64,000 nt of DNA from Nymphaea colorata (taxonomy: Eukaryota): contig NC_045138.2 in the NCBI RefSeq assembly GCF_008831285.2, positions 21,514,001-21,578,000 on the forward strand, given 5' to 3'. The notes beneath the pieces were generated by a model. The model saw only the letters and a program-made list of their open reading frames with translations, made no database searches and was not told the origin of the DNA. Every line of letters begins with the position of its first letter. Within the stretch, counting starts at the first letter, position 1. Below, piece by piece: positions 40,846-53,631 of this stretch. The position numbers were made by a program, and so were the translations under genes.

Positions 40846-43800
40846 ATGGCAGCTCCGAGGATTTTCGTTAACGAAATGGGCGGGGGGCAGCGGGACGAGG
40901 AGAAGGCCGACGTCGAATCTCCGACCGCCAAGAAATCGGCTCAGCCGGAGATCAGATTGAGTCAATGGGAGATGACGGCCGCCTTCTGCGTCTTCTTCCT
41001 CTTCGTCATTGGACTCTCCTGCATCTACCTGACCATGCCCACCGCTGAGTACAACAAGATCATCAGGCTGCCGCGCACCTTGTCCGATCTGCGAGTCCTA
41101 AAGTGAGCTGCCCATCTGCTTTCTTTCTCTCTCTTCTCCTTCTTTTTCTTCATTTCCTCTTTCTGTCCGCTTTCTGATTTTTGTCATCCAATCGTATTGA
41201 TTCTCCAATAACAAATCGATGTGATTCAGCTTCTTTTCCTCCCTTTGTTGTTGTTTTGTTTCTCTTTTCTTCTTCACTATCTTAATTGTGGTCTCTGCTG
41301 CTGTTCTTTGTCGGAATATATTGATACATTAGGACATAGGTTGGTCACCCTGATTCCTAGAGTTGTTTCCTCGGTAAAGTTGGTCTTGTGCTTCTTCCTA
41401 ACATTTACCAATATCAACCACTTTGTACTGAAAGATTGTTGTACTAGAGTTTCTAACTTAGATAAGATCGGTGCGCTAGCTTGGTTATTGTCTCAGTCTA
41501 GTAGTGATCTCATTTACTTGATTTTGAGAAGCCACTGCCACCAATCTTGATGTAGCATATTCACTGAACTCGACAAAGACATCATCTTTGGATATCTTGT
41601 CACAGTAGTCGTCCGATGAGGGATCTCCTTTCTTTGGTATTTCCTGTCTTTTGATGGTACAGGTGTCTATGCGTTGGTATGAGATGCCATTTTTAGACTT
41701 CAATCGTATTATTAGTTTTTGCAACATAGACCTAAGAGAGTCTGGATGCCTAACTAGGAGAGCAGTTGATCTGGGTATATAAAGAGTGATGGAGCTTGCG
41801 ATATTCAGGACCTTGGATGTGGCATAAGAAAGTAGTGCTCAACACGAAAATCATTTTGAACGGCGGACCAGACAGTATTGTGTTTGTTACGATCGATATA
41901 AAATGCTGCCAAGTGCCAAACCATGTGTGGGTGCACAGTACCAGATGTATGCCATTCTTCGGTGCTTGCTAGATTCCTCCACCCCCCACCCCTTTTGTTT
42001 TTCCCTTATCCGACCTAATCTTAGATGATTCATGTTTTCCTTCATGCATTCACCTTTATGATTTTCTTTTGTTTGGTGGATACTCTGTTGTTGGTAAATG
42101 TCGAGCACCCTAATGTGAGTATACAAAAGAGTAACTATAATTTTCTTCATTAAAGTTTTACTACTAATGTATGGTTCTAAGACACTTAATTGCTAATTTT
42201 CATTTTGTAATGTGATTTGCATAACCTATATCTGGGTTGACACTTTTCCACTTTGTCTTCAGGGGACATATTGCGTTGTATGCAAGGGACTATCAACTTC
42301 GGTTCATTCTGGGCTACTGTTCTATCTATATATTCATGCAAACTTTCATGATTCCTGGAACCATTTTCATGTCGTTACTTGCTGGAGCTCTTTTTGGTGT
42401 AGTCAGAGGTGTAGCTTTAGTAGTTTTTACTGCCACTGCGGGGGCATCATCCTGCTATTTCCTCTCTAAATTAATCGGCAGGCCTATAATCTTCTGGTTA
42501 TGGCCCGAAAAATTGAGGTTTTTCCAAGCAGAGGTACTTTCTGAGATGTAGACCAGTTCTTCCAGCTTGGCATTTAGTTGTTTACCTTTTTTTTGGATTT
42601 CTATTTTGATTGTGCTTGTTTTGCTTCAAACAAGTAAATAGTTATATAAAGAGGTTGGAGCTATTTGGCCTTGGTTTTTGAAAACCTAAGCTCTCAGTTT
42701 GACAAAATATTATGACAACTTCTCTTGGTTGTTAGGGACTTTCTCTGCCTTTCAGCTATGGCTGTTGAAAGAACTAAATGGAAGAAAAAGATCCCTGTGA
42801 GAGACCCATTTTGCTGTAATCCCCTGCAACAGTCAGCAAAAGAGACACAAATCATGACTTCCTGCTTGCTCCTGAACTTTTTAAAAAAAAAATCTGCATG
42901 GCTTGATGATGTTTTGACTTATTGTCACAAATATTGTTCTCGTACTTTTATTGGTGAGTTTTTTCTTGGATATTATTTGGGAAGTTCGTTTTTCTTGAGA
43001 AAATCTCATGAACCCAAAAAATGCTAAAATTATAAATTAACAGAAAAAACTATGAGTGTACTAATTTTTGTACAAGAACACTGACAACAGCTATTAAAAT
43101 GTGAAAAGAAACCTCAAAAAATATAAATTAAATAACATTTTTCTGAAAAAGGAAAAATACTATAGTTACATTTGGCGTATTTTTCCCTCAAAGTATCACA
43201 ATTTTTTATTTTATTTTTCATTTTTCTATATTTTCCCATTCTTTCCACATTTTTTAAGAAAAATACCTATATTTGCGACAGTGGTTGAGCATCTTCATTT
43301 TAATAATCATAGTTCTTGCTGTTTTGCAGATAGCAAAGCGCAGAGATAAGCTGCTCAACTATATGCTCTTCCTGAGGATAACACCAACTCTTCCTAATAC
43401 ATTTATCAATGTAGCTTCTCCAATTGTTGACATACCTTTCCACGTGTTTTTCCTTGCAACACTTGTTGGTCTTATTCCAGCTTCTTACATCACTGTTAGA
43501 GTAAGTCCATTATACAAACTTCTCTTATATTCTAAGATTTTTACTTCTCTTACAATGTGAATTTTTTTATGAAGATTTTTATGTATCTCATATCACGTGA
43601 AGTTATGCTGTGTCTAGTTTGTGGTAGTTCTGCTTAGATGCTTGTTTTAAGTTGGAGTCTTCGTCTGGCTGATCCATGGTCTAGCTTTGAATGCATGCAA
43701 AGTACTGGTTTATGCCTATCTAGCTAGTCTCAGTTTCTTCGTTAATTGCAGAGAGAAGAAAGATGGACAGACACACACACAAGACATTGACATGCATATG

Positions 43801-44729
43801 CACACTGACATCCACATGTAGCACTCTTACCAGTTACCACAGGTGTTGTGTCATGGAATTCCAGCCATGGCATACTATTTGATCTTATCAACTGTTTACT
43901 TAATTCTGGTTTGTTGATAAAAAAGGAATACAGCCAATGACTCAAACTTTTCTTTAGTATACGAGATGAAAACCAGAGGCATTTTTGTACTGGGTTATAA
44001 TCATGCCTCTACCTTTGAGTATTTGAGGCATGCCTTTAATTCATCTTTTTATAGGTCAACCGAACATCATAAATGCGCAGCTAGATGTTCTGTTAGAGAA
44101 TATGAATAGAACTAGATTAAAAGAGGAGAAAGAAAATGACATGGATTAAGGCTAGCATCTATCATTATATATAACTAATCAAGGTAGAAATTACATATGT
44201 ATTCTTATTTTTAATAAAACATAGTATCCTAAGGTACAAACCTGTTAGTACATGTACGTGACATTGTATATGTGAACAACAGAAGTTGTTCATGATTGTA
44301 GGTTTGGCATTCCTTTCAAGCTTGTGGTTGAGAACTATTAATGAGCTTGGCTTTTATACTGTCACCACTTTCATTCTTGTTTATGTCTTTGTAGATTAAT
44401 TTGCTCCTACTTAGTCAAAATTGTAAGTCAATCCGAAGTCGGTAAGGCTTCTAAAAGGACTTGTAAGGATGAGTTGGCCCGAGTTAGTTCAAGCTGTTTC
44501 CAAGTCAAAAATCAATAGAAGAATATTTGACAACAATTAAGTTGTCAAAAACAATAAAACTTAAAAGACATGATATCACCATAAATCAAGAAAGAAAATC
44601 ATCTACTATGTGTAGCGTTGTGCAATAACAAACTAAATGATAAGTATCCAATGCCACTTAGGAGTCTATGCGTAAAGTCACTAGTCTAATAAAAGAAACA
44701 GGACCAAAATTTTCAACATCTCATGGATA

Positions 44730-44760
<31 letters not shown>

Positions 44761-46501
44761 GCTGACAACATGAAGAACATAGGCAGCAGAACAATGAAAC
44801 AACATAAAGGAAAACGAAGGAAGACAGAGAAGAAGGAAAAAAATACGAAAGAAAAAAGGGAAAAAGGGTGGAAGAAGAAGATAGAAGACTGCAACAAAAA
44901 GAAGAGAAATGCAGGTTGCAGCATGATGGCAAAAAAAGAAGGAAAAAGGAAATAAAAAAGAAAAAAAATAGAGGAAGGGAGGAGGAGAAAAGAAAAAGGA
45001 AGCATAAATAGTGATTGCAAGAGCAAGGGAAAACAAAGGACTTGAGGGTTTTGAACACTTGTAATAACTTTTTTTGAATGCTGACTAATCAGTCAAGGGA
45101 CTAGTTGGTGTTTAATCACTGACTTTACGGCCAGGTCAATTTTGCCCTAACGACTAGTTGGTTGATAGCTGATTAGGCCGACTAGTGGGTATTTCAACTA
45201 GAAAGGTCTTCTCTTCTTCCCTTCACCATAACTTGTGCCTCTCATTTAGGTGCTCCAATGTTCTCATGTTTAATAAGTTCAAGCTTGTTATTGACCAATG
45301 TTTGTCCAGTTAACTACTGTACCTTGTTGGAATGTTTCTCAACATTACTACTGTACCTTATTATTGAATACATATAGACTGGTGCTTTTTTGAGTAAAAG
45401 AACAGCTGCTGAAATGAAAAAAGTTAACACCTAACAAGAAGCTTAATAGGAGGAAGCTGGAAAAGTAGATGTAACGAGAAACTAGCTAACAAGAAGCTTC
45501 TTAATATAAATCATACATGGTAAAAAACAGGAGGAAAGCTAAGGAAACTCCAAAATGCAGATCTGTCTGCCTAACCATGATAAGATCGGGCTCAGTCCAT
45601 TTATTGTGGGCAAAGTTTAAGTCCTTTTGCTTTATTGAATCGTGGATACACCAGTATTATGATTTATGACTTTCTCCTCATAAGTTCTTTGATTTTCATT
45701 GGATTCAAATATTCTGTCATGCTTGCAACCAGCTTCATTTTCAAATAGCAAACTAGTAGTCAGTTTGTTTCTCAAGTCTATGTCCGCTCATTGGGGGAGA
45801 ATGTGCTGGCTGAGAGGGAGAGAGGTGTTAGGAGACATGATCAAAATGATGTTCAATATGGTTTGGACCGGATGCCTCTTGAAGTCCCTTATGAATTGGT
45901 GTGCAAATCTGGACTAAGTCTCCTCAGAATAGATAAGAGACCTAGAATATTGGATGCCTCTGATTCGGCTCTGACATTCATCTCTTTAGTGCTTGGCAAC
46001 TGATCATGTCAAGGAGATACATTCTGCTGGTGGGATTTTTTTTTTTTTTTTTTTGGTGAAGAATGTTTCAGCTAATCTGGTAAATGCTAGAGTATTTAGA
46101 CATGCTGAAGTATCCTTTGGTGAATTTTTTATTATTCTGCACATAACCTCCCGAAAAGGTTATAATTACCACGTTTGTGTTTGTACTGGTGACAGGCCTC
46201 TATTTATTCTTGGATTATTTGCTCTATAGATTTTCTTGAGATTTGGCTATTAGAAATAGCTCATATTGAATGAACTTTTAAAGTTTTACGATGTATTGTG
46301 TGATTTGAAGAGATGGCACTTGTATTCTTGAAACCTTTTATGACCGAGAATGTCTCCTCCTGTGATCAGGCTGGCCTTGCTCTTGGGGACCTCAAGTCTA
46401 TGAGGGATTTATACGACGTGAAGACTTTGGCGGTTCTGTTTCTCATTGGTTTTATCTCTATAGCCCCCACCATCATGAAACGGAAGCGGACATACGAATG
46501 A
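40846..46501 (+). CDS. TMEM41/VTT-domain (SNARE-associated Golgi, DedA superfamily) membrane protein
   Basis: Exons 40846-41102, 42263-42533, 43330-43500, 46370-46501; total 831 nt = 276 aa. Motifs: LPRTLSDLR, YIFMQTFMIPGTIFMSLLAGALFG, NYMLFLRITPTLPNTFINVASP, GLIPASYITVRAG; basic C-terminus KRKRTYE. Confidence 0.95.
42920..43283. mobile_element. MITE related to 13680-13973
   Basis: TIR-like TATTGTCACAAAT / ATTTGCGACAGTG; ends 46 nt before the exon-3 acceptor. Confidence 0.6.
44410..45200. mobile_element. Non-autonomous DNA element with GACTAG subterminal motifs and a (GAA)n-rich core
   Basis: End CTTAGTCAAAATT shared with the element ending ~32953; repeated GACTAGT motifs; (AAG)n at ~44730-44760. 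Confidence 0.55.
45560..46000 (-). mobile_element. Possible degraded LINE (L1) 3' fragment
   Basis: Minus-strand remnants PNHIEH and W..DRIFE resemble the C-terminal zinc-finger region of plant L1 ORF2; heavily frameshifted. Confidence 0.3.
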
Positions 46502-48427
46502 AGTTTTTTTTCCTTTTTTGTTATCAAATGTTAGCCAAGGAATGCATTTTTACTTTTGTTTAACAAGTGAAAATTTTATAGTTATTAGGCATTCAATATA
46601 GCCAAGGAATTTGTAAAATTGTATCTTCTGTGCATCTTCACTGCAACGCCTTCTCTCTCTCTCTCTGTGCGCTAGCAAATTGCAGCTCTGTTTTGCAACC
46701 TCTGTTAGGAGGGAGGTGAGAAAGGATGAAAGGGTCACAGGTTTTCAACTATATATTCCTGTGGGTGTTGGTGAAGTGAGAAATAGAAGTAAAATCTCCC
46801 TTGTCCTTTCGTCAATCCCCTCCAATTCCACGTCCTTGAAACGTAGGGAGTTCAGTCATTCATATCTGTCTCGCAAAGAAAAACACCTAGTTATAGCAGA
46901 AAATGTTACATGACATGGTTTCTGTTTCAGAATGAATTTTGTTGGTGGTTTGATTTCATGTCCTCTCGGCTCTTTCATACCGACTGAGACGCACATTGAG
47001 GAACTTCCAGCAGGCCCACGCATTGTCCATGTACAATCTTATTATGTCACCATATACATTGCGCAAAGAAATACTTGATACCCCATTATCATCGATCAAT
47101 ACTTCAAAGCTGTTTGTTCTGTGGGATTGCTCAGAAGAAAAAACTTCCTTTGCTTCATATCCGGGTGAGCAGCAGGAGTTTTCTTTGCTTCCTATCCAGG
47201 TGAGGAGAAGTAGTATTTCATCTTACTACTTGGCCAAAAATACTATTGTTTGATTGAAAGTTAAAGCTCCCATCTTTCCAGAGTACCAGACCTGCTTTTG
47301 GTGTTTTCGAGAGATGCATCTGCTTCCTACCAACAATAATAAAACAGGCAGGAATCTCTCCATACACTATGGTGCAGTGCAAGTGGCTGACAAAGTCTAA
47401 GCAGAAGCTAAAAATGGAGAAAATTTCAGAAGCTGGAACTTTCCGACGAGCCAGACCGTCGATGGAATTCCATATTGAGGAGCTTTGGTTGGTAGACTCT
47501 TAGCGATCTCTCATACAAAAATAGGGGTTTCTCTACTGTTAAAAGAAGGGTCAGCTGGGATGTTTGTTCTTGTTACAAGAAATGATTCCTCTCTTCTAGA
47601 CGTTTGTAGGCAACAGTAGCAGGAAAAAGAAAGAAGGGAGGGTCACTTCCAAAGCTCCTCTGAGGACGCTTGGTTCTCATAATGGCCAACTGTTTTGTGT
47701 TTTTCTTTAGTTGCAAGTTCCCCTTGTTTGGAGATTCTCCTACCTTCCTTGCCATTTATGCGTCTTTAACACTGCACTAAAAAGCACCTGATCTGGGAAG
47801 TGGGAACTGCTGGAGCCAACGCCAGGAAGCCCGGAGTCCATAAACCATTAGAGACAAGAAAACAATCCTGTTTTACCCATGGATCAAGTTCTACACCTTC
47901 CATTATGCAACTTGAGCTTTTCCATGGCATGGTCATCATTGGACATGGCATAGGAGCGCATCTAGGGTTTAGCTCCAAGAGGATGGGCCTATTGAAAAAC
48001 AGTCTTTGAGTCTCAAGAAAAGAACAATAGAAAAAAGAAAATGTAAGGATTTAGTCTGATGTTTTTTCAAGCTTGCATGGATGGAAAGAGGGACAACCTG
48101 CATAAATTCACAGTTTTCTCATGCTTCTTCTGGGACTCTCAACCGAATTGCACTTAAGCTAGATGCATTTAGATGTTAATTGATACCACATTAAATTTTT
48201 CTGTGTTCCCTTTCTGAATTTCTCAACCGAAGTGCTTAATAATACATAAGGAACACACTGTGCATGATTATTTTAAAATAATACTGGCACCATCTGCCTA
48301 ATTCTACCTGAATCTAGGAAAGTGAAGAGAAAATAAGCATAAAACAGGACATCTCCTTGTGCATGGACATGCATGAACCTTTACCTGTTTGCGACGCACA
48401 AAGTGCAGATATATATGATGGACTCAT

Positions 48428-48487
48428 CAATTTTCTGTGGGACCATTCAGAGTGAGCCAATTTTCTGTGGGACCATTCAGAGTGAGC
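48428..48487. repeat. Perfect 30-bp tandem duplication
   Basis: CAATTTTCTGTGGGACCATTCAGAGTGAGC x2. Confidence 0.95.
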
Positions 48488-50047
48488 AGGAGAGTTATCC
48501 CACCGCCCGGGCAATAAAGCCCCCTCCTTCCCATTGCTCACAGGGTCCAAAGCTGCATCAGTACTAAGTGATTAGATCTCCTGCATGCTTCAACTTGCAT
48601 GTATGTAGGATCTACCCTCCTTATGGTAGATAAGGATAGTCTGCTGCAGGTTTCGAACTAGAGATACGCCACCAACATGGCTCAAGTCTGCTCATTTGAG
48701 CTATACCCCTCGGGGCTTTCTGTGAGACCGTTCATTACTGTAAATCCTAAGGAAAATTGGGCAGTTCATATGTGCTCAATTTGAATAATGTCAAATCCCA
48801 TTGTGTGGTACTAGTTGAGTCTATTATGTCGTTTATGTGCGTCTTGCGTGTAGCATTATAGCCAAAAAATTGCTAGACTGAAATGGGCATTTCATGTTAT
48901 TTGTTCTTGATGTAACTTGATGTTCTGCTCCAAAGTAGTGGTTCAAAAAAGCCTCTGCTGGACTGACCTTGCATGGCCATTTTATTGAAAACAAGAAGGA
49001 AAAGGATTCCATCTCAAACTCTGGCAGTGAGAAATGGGTGGTGTACCTCTCTCTCTCTCTCTCTCAAGATTGAGAGAGAGAGAGACAGAGACAGAGAGCA
49101 CATGTGAAGAAAGAAAATAAGGCAGACAGGATTCCAATTCATTTGAGGGGATTTTTTTTTAAAACCTTTATTAATTCAATCAATAACTGTAACGTTCAAA
49201 TATGAGGTAGTCGTTGATAAACAGTTTAAAGGTTAGGTAGTTTTTTTTTGCAAAGTTTCTTAAAAAAATAAAACGAAATTAGCTTTCTTCATTAATCATG
49301 AATTCCTTTTTCTTCGTTTTAACACCATGAAACCACCTTCTAAATGTGCGACTTGGTCAGTACTTGCTTTGAGATTCAATTTCTGACTGCTTTCTCACAG
49401 TCAAAGCTCAACTCTATCCACCAACTTCTTTGGAGAAAAAACACTACTCATTGACTAAAAAAATACTACTAAAATAAATCCTAATTGGTCTCCTAGGAAG
49501 ATATGCATAGTTTTCTTTCCAAACGTTTACCAATATGCCTTTCATAAGATAGTTTTTCTCAGTGAGAAAAAGTCGTGATTAATCTCATAAGGTTTTGGGA
49601 CATGGCAGGAAAAGTCAGGAGTTGTGCTCCAATGTGATGCAAAACTTTCAAACAAACAAGGAAAAAATAAAAGACACCATGATCGGTGCCGCGACAAGGG
49701 ATTCACTTGACCTTTTAAACGCATTGACACTGACGGCTTAGCAGGAATTTTCTCCGCAACAATTTCCTCGGTCATAAAACCTTCGCCAAAAAAAAAGAAA
49801 AATCTCTCTATAATGTGAAAACTGTACGATCGTATATGTATGTGTATGTAAGGACTAATGACAGTAAAAATATTACCACCATTACGAAACTGTACGATCG
49901 TAATGTGAAAACTGTACGATCGTATATCGTGTATATATATATATATATATATATTGGGCGAACTAAACTTGGGTACTAGCAGGTAAATTGGAATCCAACC
50001 ATACTTAAAAAGCTTAAGTTAGTTTGGGATTAGGCCATTACGATTAC

Positions 50048-50258
50048 AGGGCATTTGGCAGCAGGAACATTACTTAACACAGTATTCCGTGAATTTGATC
50101 TCTTAAAAATTGAAGCAGATTCACATCGTTCTAATAATGCTTCATAAATCTGTCATAACTTTTGAGACAAATCCATAAAACACTTTGTTAGTCAGTGATC
50201 ATCTTGTTTGGGACAGATTCATAAAACACTACCTTAACTAGTGTTTGTCAAATGCTTT
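50048..50258. mobile_element. Tourist-like MITE
   Basis: Imperfect TIR GGGCATTTGGCA / TGTCAAATGCTT, ~210 bp. Confidence 0.5.
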
Positions 50259-51341
50259 ATTAATAGAGTGAATCATAACTTCCATGCACGTAAAAGGAGC
50301 TAAACATAATCTTAACCAAAAAGTTTAAGAATTTTTCAGGCTATACTTTAAAACATGACATGGATCACATATACAAGTTTAAAGAAAGCTCATCAAAGTT
50401 TAATGCATAAATAAAATTTGTATAGGATTTCAAATCAAAGTTTATGATTATATTAAATTTATAAAAAAATTGGGTAGGACATGAAATCTAGTGTCTTCTA
50501 CCAATACATTTGATCAATACTACAAGCCCACTGAGGCATTGACGAAGTCAGGTTTAAAAAACTGGCCGGATGAGCTTCTATATAACTTAAACTAATCGAG
50601 TGTTGAAATTACTTGTTCAACAGAAATCCAGTCAAACTGAAAAAAAAAAAATTTCGTGTTTGTATTAATTAAAAGCAGCCTATGAAGATTAAGAGCCCTA
50701 AAGCAGTCACAATGTAAACATGGCAACCAGCTCAACGTCATTTTCACATTGAAAATTCTCCACGCGTTTTCGATCCAATAAATGGGTTTGGCCTACCTTT
50801 TAAGATCTGACATGAATGACCATATTGAGGGTGACATTCCCCATCAAAGGAAAGGAAAAAATATATATTTAATAATATATGATGATGCACCTTAACGATT
50901 TTATAAATTATTCATCTCTGGCAGGCAGAGACCCATATATTCAAGAGAATCCAAAAGTGGAGCGAGCACCCATCTGCAGAAGGCCATCCATTCTTTGTCA
51001 GTTTGTTTTCATTCCTGAGTTCTTTTTTTTTTTTTAAGTTCTCAGTCATAAGATGTTCATGATCTTCTCCTCGATTAATGAAACAAGTTGCATGTTTATG
51101 GATCTTGTGGTACAAAAAAATGTTTCATATGTTGTTTAGTGGAGACCAGACTATATGGGTCATGATGCCATTGCTCTTCAAAAGCTTTTAAAAATAATGG
51201 CCCGACTTTACCAAGTTTTTTATGGCACAGACCTTAAAATCTTGTGGGCAACTGAGCATGATCCAAATTATGATATCCATCAACCGGATCGAATTGAGGA
51301 AATCTACATTCAAGTGACATAATCCTTTTTTTCTTTTTCTT

Positions 51342-51417
51342 GGGTTGTTGGTTAAAATTAGATCTGGTTAATTCATCTAGGGTTGTTGGTTAAAATTAGA
51401 TCTGGTTAATTCATCTA
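51342..51417. repeat. Perfect 38-bp tandem duplication
   Basis: GGGTTGTTGGTTAAAATTAGATCTGGTTAATTCATCTA x2. Confidence 0.95.
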
Positions 51418-51424
51418 TCGTGTT

Positions 51425-51780
51425 GGGATGTCAATATATCTGATTTAGATCGGATATGAAAAAAATCGGACATGGAAAAGGAATTAATATCCGATTAAGA
51501 AATCAAGTTAGATTTGGATTTAACAAATGACATCTGATTAGGCTTGGATTCAGAAATAAATTTGGATTGGATTTATTTTTAAACAGATATCATGTATCTA
51601 ATGCTCTCACATTTTGGAAATCGACCAGATTCGGTTAAAAATTGGACTCATATTCATATATGAATGTAAAAATTGAATTTAGATCGAATTCAAATTGTAA
51701 AATTGAATTTCAGAGATACTTTTCTTTTTTCGTATTTGAATCTCAATTTTGAATCTGAATATCTGAAAAGCCGATGCAAT
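51425..51780. mobile_element. MITE remnant with ATCCG/CGGAT-type repeats
   Basis: Starts GGGATGTCAATATATCTGATTTAGATC; a similar copy starts at ~59538 (AGATATGTCAATAAATCTGATTTAAATCC). Confidence 0.55.
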
Positions 51781-52739
51781 TAAGTGTTTGCCTTGTAACT
51801 AGCGTTGGACCTTCATAGGTTATATTAGCTTCCTTTTTCAGGGACCGCGGCACAGGTGTAGGCAATTGCCCACACAGACCCACAAAAAATATTTATTTTT
51901 ATATTGATACTACAAAATAAAATTTTCTTATTTACATATTAGCACCTTTTAAAAAGTTAAAATTTTACATGTTACAAATTTAAATACCCCTTTCTTTTTC
52001 CATCTATTATTTTTGAGAACTCGTCCATCAAATCTCACATGACAAAGGATGATTTACAGCCGTTCATGCGGTCTATACTTTTCCTGTTATATATATAATA
52101 AAACAGGTCGCTACCAAACCTTCAGACTTTGACGGGAGTTATTATATGAGTGGTCCATTAGAAGCCACAGACTTCGGTGGGAGTTATATGAAGTTGCAAA
52201 TATAAAAAGTCCAATTTGTTCTTTCAAAGTCCGAAATACTTCTCAGAGGAGACAAGAAGTTTTGTTTAAGGAGACTCATTTGTTTCTCTCTCTAATCCCT
52301 CTTTTGATGGGTATTTTAAACTCCTTTGAAAAAAAAGCTGCAATTTAATCTCTACCGTATGAATAATGACTTATATGATGCTCATCAAGCTAGTGCAGTA
52401 TATATATATATATATATATAATTGCCACATGGTTAAAATTTACTGTAAGCATCATGAAGTGCCGCTAAAAATACCTATGTTTTTAGCAATAGATTCTCAA
52501 TTAATAATTAACATTTGAGGAAAAAATGAAAAAAATTCAACCAAAGTTGGAAGTGCAAATAATTTGTAGTGTTTTTGGGACCAACAGCTTTGAATTGAGA
52601 GTGCTGGGAGGGAGATTGAGTTTACGCTGCCCTGTGTATGTAACATGTACACGCCGAATGTATATGTAACGAGTGTATGCCGAATGTAGATTTTACTATT
52701 AATATACATATTTATTTTCATGTCTAAATATTATATATG

Positions 52740-53060
52740 CATATGTATGAGATAACAAATAGATATGAAATAACAAATAAGTACAAAATAATGTTTATAA
52801 AATAACAAATGATTTATGAAATAATGAAATAATGAAATAATGGATGAATGTATGAGATAACGGTAAATATAAATATGAGATAATGTTTATGAGATAACAA
52901 AAAATTTACGAAATAATGAGATAACAAACGGACTTATGAGATAATGCTAAACATAAGTATGAGGTCATGGTAAAAGTAAGTATAAGATGATGTTTATAAT
53001 ATAATAAAATATTTATGAGATAATGGGATAAAGTTATGAGCGAGATAAAAAAACAAAAAC
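52740..53060. repeat. Degenerate TGAGATAA/TGAAATAA minisatellite, probably TE-internal
   Basis: More than 10 imperfect copies of ATGAGATAA/ATGAAATAA. Confidence 0.7.
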
Positions 53061-53321
53061 ACCTTTGTTGAATTATCAAATTTTGTTTTTGTGGTTTCCT
53101 TTTTTGTCCCTATAAAAAGTTTCTTTTTTTTTTTAATCATGGGCATTTTTTGTCCTATGAAATTTCATACACGAGAATAGCGTAACTTAAGTTGAGAGGT
53201 AGGCTGGTTGCTTTTGTTCCAAATGAACATATATGTATAAGAATTGAGACCAATGACTTAACTTTCTCTCCATCTCTCTCTCCTTCTCTCTTTTTCTCTC
53301 TCTTCCATTCTCCTCTCTCTT

Positions 53322-53631
53322 TATGGGTGCCGGTACTCAACCAGTCAACGTAAGCTCTAAATTGGGCACCAACCAGGTCCGATAAGTTTTTGGGCAGGGT
53401 TGGTTGGAGTTGGTTTAATAATTTATTTTTAATAGTATTATATATATATATATATATATATATTTGTTATAATTAATTATATTATAAAACATTTAAAAAA
53501 AAATTCTAATGAGGCAGGACCCCGGTTGTTTAATAAAGACAGGCCAGGAGAATGGTCAAGCGCCGTGGCCAGGCCTGGCCCAACTTCTTATGGCTTCTTA
53601 TTGGCGTGGGTCAGCCCAATGCCCACCCTTA
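53322..53631. mobile_element. Degenerate copy of the 5896-6187 MITE family
   Basis: Right end CCCAATGCCCACCCTTA nearly matches the reverse complement of the family end TAGGGGTGGGCATTGGG; AT-rich core. Confidence 0.6.

Noticed and set aside
40363..40965. 200-aa antisense ORF, and similar overlapping ORFs at 18450-19179 and 56753-57463
   Set aside because: Shadow ORFs of GC-rich first exons and promoters with no recognisable protein features.
40846..46501. U12-type intron in the TMEM41-like gene (animal TMEM41B has one)
   Set aside because: Donors are GTGAGC, GTACTT and GTAAGT. No RTATCCTT donor occurs in any gene modelled here.
48683..48706. miR828 target-like GCTCATTTGAGC
   Set aside because: Only the core matches, with mismatches in the seed-pairing end; the core is simply a short palindrome.
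48960..48981. tasiARF-like TGACCTTGCATGGCC suggesting TAS3
   Set aside because: Several mismatches to tasiARF and no adequate miR390 sites.
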